From assembly GCA_044892505.1 (NCBI GenBank), contig CM097884.1, positions 160,828,001-160,892,000 on the forward strand: DNA of 64,000 nucleotides, read 5' to 3'. The notes beneath the pieces were generated by a model that was not told where the DNA came from, did not search any database, and saw only the letters and a program-made list of their open reading frames with translations. Source of the stretch: Schmidtea nova (Eukaryota). This document shows positions 1 through 8,167 of this stretch, piece by piece. Made by a program: the position numbers and the translations under genes. Position 1 is the stretch's first letter, and every line of letters begins with the position of its first letter.

Positions 1-57
1 TCGAACCCGGGCCACCTGGGTGAGAGCCAGGAATCCTAACCGCTAGACCATCAGGGA
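1..57 (-). tRNA. trnE-CTC: tRNA-Glu(CTC), cut by window edge
   Basis: First 57 nt of the array tRNA. Confidence 0.9.
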
Positions 58-352
58 ATGATATATGTTTCCAATCTCTAGTTAAAGGTTTTCGAATTTC
101 GAAATTTACTTTTCCTCGACAAAATCAAACAACGCATGGCAAATGTTTGCCATTTTCAATCAAATGACAATCTCTTTCACAAATCTCATAGAATTTTGAT
201 TTTGTAAAATTATTAATAATTTTTTTTCAAATATTGGTAACGACCTTGGAACGTTTATATTAATCCAATTTGTTGAATTTGATTTTGAGTAGAGCAAATT
301 AGTTTCGACAAATTTACAACGTTTACAATCTTATCATGATGATAAGAAAGTG

Positions 353-359
353 AAAAAAA
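353..359 (-). terminator. RNA Pol III terminator T7 (representative; present 2 nt after each tRNA; T9 in three element-adjacent units)
   Basis: Minus strand reads ...TCAGGGAA-TA-TTTTTTT. Confidence 0.85.
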
Positions 360-361
360 TA

Positions 362-433
362 TTCCCTGACCGGGAGTCGAACCCGGGCCACCTGGGTGAG
401 AGCCAGGAATCCTAACCGCTAGACCATCAGGGA
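362..433 (-). tRNA. trnE-CTC: tRNA-Glu(CTC)
   Basis: Revcomp TCCCTGATGGTCTAGCGGTTAGGATTCCTGGCTCTCACCCAGGTGGCCCGGGTTCGACTCCCGGTCAGGGAA: acceptor TCCCTGA/TCAGGGA, anticodon stem CCTGG/CCAGG with loop CTCTCAC, GTTCGA B-box, no CCA. Confidence 0.97.
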
Positions 434-737
434 TCGATATATGTTTCCAATCTCTAGTTAAAGGTTTTCGAATTTCGAAATTTACTTTTCCTCGACAAAA
501 TCAAACAACGCATGGCAAATGTTTGCCATTTTCAATCAAATGACAATCTCTTTCACAAATCTCATAGAATTTTGATTTTGTAAAATTATTAATAATTTTT
601 TTTCAAATAATGGTAACGACCTTGGAACGTTTATATTAATCCAATTTGTTGAATTTGATTTTGAGTAGAGCAAATTAGTTTCGACAAATTTACAACGTTT
701 ACAATCTTATCATGATGATAAGAAAGTGAAAAAAATA

Positions 738-809
738 TTCCCTGACCGGGAGTCGAACCCGGGCCACCTGGGTGAGAGCCAGGAATCCTAACCGCTAGAC
801 CATCAGGGA
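738..809 (-). tRNA. trnE-CTC: tRNA-Glu(CTC)
   Basis: Same sequence as 362-433. Confidence 0.96.
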
Positions 810-1113
810 TCGATATATGTTTCCAATCTCTAGTTAAAGGTTTTCGAATTTCGAAATTTACTTTTCCTCGACAAAATCAAACAACGCATGGCAAATGTTT
901 GCCATTTTCAATCAAATGACAATCTCTTTCACAAATCTCATAGAATTTTGATTTTGTAAAATTATTAATAATTTTTTTTCAAATATTGGTAACGACCTTG
1001 GAACGTTTATATTAATCCAATTTGTTGAATTTGATTTTGAGTAGAGCAAATTAGTTTCGACAAATTTACAACGTTTACAATCTTATCATGATGATAAGAA
1101 AGTGAAAAAAATA

Positions 1114-1185
1114 TTCCCTGACCGGGAGTCGAACCCGGGCCACCTGGGTGAGAGCCAGGAATCCTAACCGCTAGACCATCAGGGA
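1114..1185 (-). tRNA. trnE-CTC: tRNA-Glu(CTC)
   Basis: Same as 362-433. Confidence 0.96.
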
Positions 1186-1489
1186 TCGATATATGTTTCC
1201 AATCTCTAGTTAAAGGTTTTCGAATTTCGAAATTTACTTTTCCTCGACAAAATCAAACAACGCATGGCAAATGTTTGCCATTTTCAATCAAATGACAATC
1301 TCTTTCACAAATCTCATAGAATTTTGATTTTGTAAAATTATTAATAATTTTTTTTCAAATAATGGTAACGACCTTGGAACGTTTATATTAATCCAATTTG
1401 TTGAATTTGATTTTGAGTAGAGCAAATTAGTTTCGACAAATTTACAACGTTTACAATCTTATCATGATGATAAGAAAGTGAAAAAAATA

Positions 1490-1561
1490 TTCCCTGACCG
1501 GGAGTCGAACCCGGGCCACCTGGGTGAGAGCCAGGAATCCTAACCGCTAGACCATCAGGGA
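1490..1561 (-). tRNA. trnE-CTC: tRNA-Glu(CTC)
   Basis: Same as 362-433. Confidence 0.96.
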
Positions 1562-1865
1562 TCGATATATGTTTCCAATCTCTAGTTAAAGGTTTTCGAA
1601 TTTCGAAATTTACTTTTCCTCGACAAAATCAAACAACGCATGGCAAATGTTTGCCATTTTCAATCAAATGACAATCTATTTCACAAATCTCATAGAATTT
1701 TGATTTTGTAAAATTATTAATAATTTTTTTTCAAATAATGGTAACGACCTTGGAACGTTTATATTAATCCAATTTGTTGAATTTGATTTTGAGTAGAGCA
1801 AATTAGTTTCGACAAATTTACAACGTTTACAATCTTATCATGATGATAAGAAAGTGAAAAAAATA

Positions 1866-1937
1866 TTCCCTGACCGGGAGTCGAACCCGGGCCACCTGGG
1901 TGAGAGCCAGGAATCCTAACCGCTAGACCATCAGGGA
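1866..1937 (-). tRNA. trnE-CTC: tRNA-Glu(CTC)
   Basis: Same as 362-433. Confidence 0.96.
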
Positions 1938-2241
1938 TCGATATATGTTTCCAATCTCTAGTTAAAGGTTTTCGAATTTCGAAATTTACTTTTCCTCGAC
2001 AAAATCAAACAACGCATGGCAAATGTTTGCCATTTTCAATCAAATGACAATCTCTTTCACAAATCTCATAGAATTTTGATTTTGTAAAATTATTAATAAT
2101 TTTTTTTCAAATAATGGTAACGACCTTGGAACGTTTATATTAATCCAATTTGTTGAATTTGATTTTGAGTAGAGCAAATTAGTTTCGACAAATTTACAAC
2201 GTTTACAATCTTATCATGATGATAAGAAAGTGAAAAAAATA

Positions 2242-2313
2242 TTCCCTGACCGGGAGTCGAACCCGGGCCACCTGGGTGAGAGCCAGGAATCCTAACCGCT
2301 AGACCATCAGGGA
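2242..2313 (-). tRNA. trnE-CTC: tRNA-Glu(CTC)
   Basis: Same as 362-433. Confidence 0.96.
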
Positions 2314-2617
2314 TCGATATATGTTTCCAATCTCTAGTTAAAGGTTTTCGAATTTCGAAATTTACTTTTCCTCGACAAAATCAAACAACGCATGGCAAAT
2401 GTTTGCCATTTTCAATCAAATGACAATCTCTTTCACAAATCTCATAGAATTTTGATTTTGTAAAATTATTAATAATTTTTTTTCAAATATTGGTAACGAC
2501 CTTGGAACGTTTATATTAATCCAATTTGTTGAATTTGATTTTGAGTAGAGCAAATTAGTTTCGACAAATTTACAACGTTTACAATCTTATCATGATGATA
2601 AGAAAGTGAAAAAAATA

Positions 2618-2689
2618 TTCCCTGACCGGGAGTCGAACCCGGGCCACCTGGGTGAGAGCCAGGAATCCTAACCGCTAGACCATCAGGGA
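2618..2689 (-). tRNA. trnE-CTC: tRNA-Glu(CTC)
   Basis: Same as 362-433. Confidence 0.96.
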
Positions 2690-2993
2690 TCGATATATGT
2701 TTCCAATCTCTAGTTAAAGGTTTTCGAATTTCGAAATTTACTTTTCCTCGACAAAATCAAACAACGCATGGCAAATGTTTGCCATTTTCAATCAAATGAC
2801 AATCTCTTTCACAAATCTCATAGAATTTTGATTTTGTAAAATTATTAATAATTTTTTTTCAAATAATGGTAACGACCTTGGAACGTTTATATTAATCCAA
2901 TTTGTTGAATTTGATTTTGAGTAGAGCAAATTAGTTTCGACAAATTTACAACGTTTACAATCTTATCATGATGATAAGAAAGTGAAAAAAATA

Positions 2994-3046
2994 TTCCCTG
3001 ACCGGGAGTCGAACCCGGGCCACCTGGGTGAGAGCCAGGAATCCTA
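2994..3046 (-). pseudogene. tRNA-Glu disrupted by element copy 1 (nt 20-72 remain)
   Basis: Plus strand ...aggaatccta|gtaaacg instead of ...aggaatccta|accgctag. Confidence 0.95.
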
Positions 3047-3577
3047 GTAAACGTTTATTAATTATAATAAATTTTTCAAATTTACAATGGGACAATGCTC
3101 TACATGGAGCATGCCTTTCATGAAAGATACAGCAAATAAAGAGACAGAATTTCAATGATAGTTAAAATCAAATGTGAGAAAATAAGGTCTCAATAAATGT
3201 TGCTTTTCATAAATGTTCCCTGGCGATGATTTGAAATATTTCATCGGACTGTTTTTCCGGCTTTGCGACATCCTTCAGCCTATCTTTTCATGTCATGATC
3301 ACAGTCTTTTTGTTTTCTGAGGAATCCGCAGCAATAAAACTTCTTCACGAGTCAAGGTGTCTAGAGACATTGAGTTTACAGACGCTAGAATTGGTTCTAC
3401 TAAATAAATATACAAATATACATATATACATATATAAATCCTCGGACTCGGGCGGAAATAAATCTAAAATAAATTTTATCTACAAATTAAAAAAAAAGGT
3501 TTATACTATATACATTAAAATGGCAATTCTCCGCACAACGAGTGTCTGCATTTTGATCGTGGCATTCATTACAAATC

Positions 3578-6500
3578 TCACAAGTCTCTAAGATAACCAG
3601 TCGTATGAAAATGCCACCTATTGGCTGAGTGTTTGATATTACTTATCGCACACTGTTTCAAAAGAGGATCGATTTTCTTCAAAGGTATTCCAACCTTTAA
3701 AAGAACATCGAAAGTCAAAGGTGGAATTGATCCTAGAGAACCAATGATACAAGTGAGTAGTTCTACCTTGTAATCAGGTTTCGCGATTTGAATTGCCTTT
3801 CTTAACGATTCGTATTTTAACAGGTTTTCTTTATTTACCTGCTCAAAACTCGAAAGACAATCAATCGGACATTTCATGTCTACCATGAGAATTCTTTTCC
3901 TATTTACGTCGGTGATGATGAGGTCAACTCGCTCTTTAGAGTATGGAACCAACGAACAAGTTTGATCGATAACGACAATAAGATTCGGATCTGTCAGTTG
4001 ATCTGTTATCAATTTCAAGCAATCATTGTGTCTTTTTGTTGCAAGTGTTTGATGAACTTTACATGATTGCAAAACATGTGCCATTGTTTCCTCCTCAGAG
4101 TGGCAGCGACGACAAAGTCTTTCTTTTACATTTCGATAAGGTTTAGCTAGAAATGACAATGTATTCGTGCGAGCACGATGGATGAAATTCCAAGAGAATT
4201 CTGACAGATCACTTCGAAAGATTGCTTTATTGATCTTAGGCGAAAGAGTGATTGCTGATGCGATCAAATTACTTTTATTACTACTTTGCCATTTGGAAAG
4301 ATAAGAATCAAAAAGCGTATCATGCAAGATCTTAGAAATAGAATTCCGAAAATCGGGAGTTGCGATCAATGTACCTCGCTCTTTTGTTGTAATATGAAGC
4401 ACAGGTTCATTATTTAGGGTTTGAAAGGATATTCTAATGGCATGAATTTTATTCAGGAATTCTACAGATGTTCGCGCTCTCCGAAAACGTGTTTTCTTTC
4501 CATGATGGATGCGCTTGCATTCAATGCCATTTAACCAATCAAAGCTATCCTGAAGAGTTGGATGCTGAATTCCAAGTCGAGAACTAGTGACAAATTTCAA
4601 AGAGTCTGTATTGATCTTTTTTGCATAATTGCAAATGGAAGTAAAAAGTCGAAAAAAGTGCACTATGGTTTGGACATGATATTCGTCAAGCAGGTCAACA
4701 CAAGAAGCTCCACCATTTTCCGTGGAGTTGTAAAAATATGAAATCTCTGAATTTTCAGGAAGATTCATCATTTTTCTCAAATGACTTCTTAATTTACTTG
4801 TGTTGTTACCAGTGACATTGCTATTTCCATAAGGGATTGCCAAAGTACTTGTTTTTATTTCCCTCGTTCTAAAAGGAAAGATGAGGCGTGAATGTAGAAA
4901 AATCTTGTAAGCTTTGAGTTTTTGCCAGCCTAACAAGTCAGAGTTTGCAAGTTTTTTGGCGTCAGATATTACCTTATTTAGGATATCATAAGGGCTTTGA
5001 TCAATATCTTCTCCAACTGGGACACCAAGATACTGATAGAACTCGCGAGATAGTAATTTCTTGATTTTGATATTTTCAATAGAAATTTCACTATCTATGT
5101 GGACCTTAGGAAGTTGAATGTATCCACATTTTTCTGGTCGATATACAAAACCTATTTGTGCAGCAGTGTCAACAGCTATATCAGTGATTCGTTGCAAGTC
5201 ACTGACATTTTTTGATATTAAAGCAATGTCGTCTGCGTATGCAAGAATTTGTAACGGAGATGTGCCAATCATGAATGGTTCTACTGTCGATCGGCTGACA
5301 GCTTCAAGTACCGGATTAATCGCAATGGCGAATAAAATCATTGAAATTGGGCATCCTTGTTTCACCCCTTGTCTAATAGCTATGTTTGAAGTGAGAACTG
5401 GTCCGCAACTGTACATAGAAGATGTGTCGGAATAAAGTAGTTGCAATATCGTAGTGAACTCATCACATACGCCAATATATCGAAGGACAGACCACATGTA
5501 TTCATGAGGGACACTACCAAATGCGTCTTTAATGTCAAGCCATGCAATCGATATTGGACAATCTTTACTATATTTAGAGTGTTCCAAAGCAGCTGTCAGT
5601 ATGGAATTGTGTTCAACACAGCCATCGTGTTCTGAACCTCCCTTTTGTCCAATGTGTAGAATGTTGTTCAAATCTACCCAAGTAGTAAGACGTCTAGCCA
5701 ATATCGAAGCAAAAACCTTATAAATCACTGACAATAAGGCAATCGGCCTCCAAGATGACACATTATCGTATTTGTCATTCTTGTCAGGTTTCGGAATCAA
5801 AAGAGTCCTGAAAGATTTCCAATCATTTGGAACGATTTTATCGGTTATTATTCGGTTAAAAAGAAATGCAAGGAGATCCCCATCGGGATCCAAAAGACGC
5901 AAATCTCTATATTGAATACCATCAGAACCAGGAGATGTGTTGTCAGCTTTTTTAAGCTCAAACAATACCTCGACTGGCAATATTCGATCGAGTTTCAAAG
6001 GCTTTTGTGATTTTTTACAGAATTGAAGGACAGAATTCCAGCATTTGGATATAGGTAATGCGTGACTATAATATTTAATAATGTCTTCAATTGAAGGCCT
6101 TACATTTATTTTAAAATTATCAATGATTTTACTGACGGCTCTTTTCATTTCCGTCATAAATAGAGAAATAATTTGAGTTTTATTTAATTTTGAGTTATCT
6201 CTCTTATTTTTCCCTAAATAAAGTTTAAAAGTTGATTTCTTACGATCAGGAAATTCTTTGATAATTATGTCAATGATCTCATTGACAGTTGAAAATTTAA
6301 TTGCTATTAAAAGGTCTTTGATTTTAATTTTGCGTTGAATTAAATTTAATTTAACTAGTTCCTTTTCATTCCCTTTTGGTATTATTTTAGTGTTAATTTT
6401 ATTTGTTTTATTGGCAACTGGAACTAAGGAACTAATAACATTTCCAATATCGCGCAGGTTGATGTTTTCAAGGGATATGTCACAAGCATAATGTTTGATA

Positions 6501-8158
6501 AATGCGCATATAAGTATTTTACAGAGAAGACCTGAACCTCGCACATCATGTGGACAAATACCGTTTGTCAATGCACGACCAGGGGTTTCTCGTAATTCAT
6601 TAATTTTTTCAATGATGGTTTTACTCATTGAGAGATAATTAATACCGGATAAAAGAGTTGTTGGATTCAAAATATAATGTGCATCGGTATTGTAATCTAT
6701 TATTAATAAGTTTTCCCTTGATTTTTGGGGGGTTATAACTGAAAAAATGACTTGTGCTTTAACAAGACATTCATAATTTAGAAATGTACTGATGTATTGG
6801 GTACAATCATCGAGGATCGCCGTTGACATTGTTGCGTTTAACAAGATAAAGGTCGGTGATAATTTTAGATTGTTAAAATAAGTTGTTAGAATTTGATCGT
6901 CAAGCTTCCCATTTATTGTGTCTAAGTTTAAACAGATTTCATTTACATGTTTTAGTTTCAATGATTTTAGTGATTTTGTAGTATCTTCAAGATTGGCAAT
7001 GTTATTAAAAATTAACTTTTCTAATAAAGTAATGAAATATGATGCCATTATGATTGGTTCAACGGAAAATATTGGTGAGAAACTGATCTCGTGATCAATG
7101 GTAAAGTTAATCTTTCTCTGAAGGAAAAATTGATTCAAATAATCGGTCATATTTTCTCCTATACCGATTAATCTTTCTTTTACAGTTTGAAAGCCTGTAG
7201 TAAAAATGTGACTTTTTCCGAGTTGAACAGAGAACAGAAATAAGCACCAAGAGTTGTTATTTGGAATAATACTTATTACATGTTCAATGTATTGAAATTG
7301 TTTGAAAGTCACGTTTTCAATAATGAAAGCATTATTTTGCGCAACTATATTTGACGTTAATTCGGGAGAGAGAACCATTATATTAGTGTAGGTTGAAAAC
7401 CATTTATCAATCAATGTTGATATGCATGGGTTTTCGTTATATAGCATGATGTTATTTGCTTTGCTTTTATATCTAACTGCTTTCTTGAAGTTGATCAAGT
7501 TCATAAAGTTTGACTTTGGCGGACCACCTCCAATTGTTTTTGATGTAATAGTGGTACAGTTAGCATTATTATTGAAAACATCTTCCCTTATACTATTTAC
7601 AAAATTATCAGGAAAGTATTCCCAAACTTGACTAATTATCAATGCGTAAGCGCAGACAAAAGGCCCACAATCAAAGTCGTTATTTTGATATTCAAGTTTA
7701 ATATGGGGATTATATGTTACCGCCGCTTTAAGTTTAAACAATTTATTTAAAGCCATATTTATTTTAAGGGCGCTTGTTTTGTTGATAAATTTATTTTTAT
7801 TTTCAAGAATTGGATCAATGTAGTACGAAAGTAAGGATGATTTACAGTACACGAACAAGATCCAATGTGCGTTTGATATATTTAATGGGCAAAGTATTAT
7901 TTGTGCGTTAAACACTGTTTCTGGCAAGGAAATTATATTTTCCTCAAGATTTGCAAGTAAAATGCTAACAATATAACATTTAATGCAAGCATACATTTGG
8001 CTACTGATATGACGCTCAAGATAAAAGTCAATGTCATCATCAGTGAACCAGGCCTTTGGATCACGCACGGAATTTAAATTATTTACAGTTTTATTACTTG
8101 TGCTGTCTGCATCAGTCTCTTTTGAGATTGGGGCAGATATTAGGACTGATGCAGGCAC
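3578..8158 (-). CDS. ORF2: Ulp1/C48-like cysteine protease (+2 degenerate copies), reverse transcriptase, CCHC knuckle, restriction-like endonuclease (1526 aa; first codon is GTG, frame open to 8164)
   Basis: WFTDDDIDFY..H98W..D115P..Q158..DC164G; RT motifs WRPIALL, LDIKDAF, KQGCPIS, YADD (5228-5239), YLGV; CRRC-x8-H-x4-C; RHN; RVD-x14-DMK; KY; IIGSLG. Confidence 0.95.
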   Translation of the reverse strand: MPASVLISAPISKETDADSTSNKTVNNLNSVRDPKAWFTDDDIDFYLERHISSQMYACIKCYIVSILLANLEENIISLPETVFNAQIILCPLNISNAHWILFVYCKSSLLSYYIDPILENKNKFINKTSALKINMALNKLFKLKAAVTYNPHIKLEYQNNDFDCGPFVCAYALIISQVWEYFPDNFVNSIREDVFNNNANCTTITSKTIGGGPPKSNFMNLINFKKAVRYKSKANNIMLYNENPCISTLIDKWFSTYTNIMVLSPELTSNIVAQNNAFIIENVTFKQFQYIEHVISIIPNNNSWCLFLFSVQLGKSHIFTTGFQTVKERLIGIGENMTDYLNQFFLQRKINFTIDHEISFSPIFSVEPIIMASYFITLLEKLIFNNIANLEDTTKSLKSLKLKHVNEICLNLDTINGKLDDQILTTYFNNLKLSPTFILLNATMSTAILDDCTQYISTFLNYECLVKAQVIFSVITPQKSRENLLIIDYNTDAHYILNPTTLLSGINYLSMSKTIIEKINELRETPGRALTNGICPHDVRGSGLLCKILICAFIKHYACDISLENINLRDIGNVISSLVPVANKTNKINTKIIPKGNEKELVKLNLIQRKIKIKDLLIAIKFSTVNEIIDIIIKEFPDRKKSTFKLYLGKNKRDNSKLNKTQIISLFMTEMKRAVSKIIDNFKINVRPSIEDIIKYYSHALPISKCWNSVLQFCKKSQKPLKLDRILPVEVLFELKKADNTSPGSDGIQYRDLRLLDPDGDLLAFLFNRIITDKIVPNDWKSFRTLLIPKPDKNDKYDNVSSWRPIALLSVIYKVFASILARRLTTWVDLNNILHIGQKGGSEHDGCVEHNSILTAALEHSKYSKDCPISIAWLDIKDAFGSVPHEYMWSVLRYIGVCDEFTTILQLLYSDTSSMYSCGPVLTSNIAIRQGVKQGCPISMILFAIAINPVLEAVSRSTVEPFMIGTSPLQILAYADDIALISKNVSDLQRITDIAVDTAAQIGFVYRPEKCGYIQLPKVHIDSEISIENIKIKKLLSREFYQYLGVPVGEDIDQSPYDILNKVISDAKKLANSDLLGWQKLKAYKIFLHSRLIFPFRTREIKTSTLAIPYGNSNVTGNNTSKLRSHLRKMMNLPENSEISYFYNSTENGGASCVDLLDEYHVQTIVHFFRLFTSICNYAKKINTDSLKFVTSSRLGIQHPTLQDSFDWLNGIECKRIHHGKKTRFRRARTSVEFLNKIHAIRISFQTLNNEPVLHITTKERGTLIATPDFRNSISKILHDTLFDSYLSKWQSSNKSNLIASAITLSPKINKAIFRSDLSEFSWNFIHRARTNTLSFLAKPYRNVKERLCRRCHSEEETMAHVLQSCKVHQTLATKRHNDCLKLITDQLTDPNLIVVIDQTCSLVPYSKERVDLIITDVNRKRILMVDMKCPIDCLSSFEQVNKENLLKYESLRKAIQIAKPDYKVELLTCIIGSLGSIPPLTFDVLLKVGIPLKKIDPLLKQCAISNIKHSANRWHFHTTGYLRDL

Positions 8159-8167
8159 ACACCTTCA
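8099..8167 (-). promoter_or_regulatory. Putative UGA readthrough cassette (in-frame stop + downstream stem-loop), copy 1
   Basis: mRNA: UGA AGGUGUGUGC [CUGCAUCAGUC]-26 nt-[GACUGAUGCAG]; arms 8144-8154 and 8107-8117. Confidence 0.6.

Larger units (their letters stand above)
1..3046 (-). repeat. tRNA-Glu(CTC) tandem array block A, 376-bp unit (partial gene 1-57, 7 full genes, disrupted gene 2994-3046)
   Basis: Gene starts recur every 376 bp (362, 738, 1114 ... 2994). Confidence 0.98.

Noticed and set aside
58-59. Private tc>at change just upstream of the first tRNA
   Set aside because: Single occurrence at the window edge with no evident consequence
362-3046. Regular repeats resembling a CRISPR array
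   Set aside because: Spacers are identical and 304 bp, the repeat is a tRNA gene, and no cas genes are present
2994-3046. tRNA-derived SINE head or chimeric SINE/LINE
   Set aside because: The tRNA remnant is on the element's 3' side, in register with the array, and is target DNA
2955-3155. 66-aa minus-strand ORF MKFCLFIC... (repeated at each 3' junction)
   Set aside because: Chance frame across 3' UTR, tRNA remnant and spacer; no motif
3320-3327. aggaatcc in the 3' UTR matching the target next to the insertion site
   Set aside because: An 8-nt match is expected by chance given many possible target 8-mers
3295-3591. 98-aa plus-strand ORF over the 3' UTR, and other short antisense ORFs inside ORF1/ORF2
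   Set aside because: Antisense shadows; the 98-aa ORF is broken in copy 4; no homology evident; recurrence only reflects element copies
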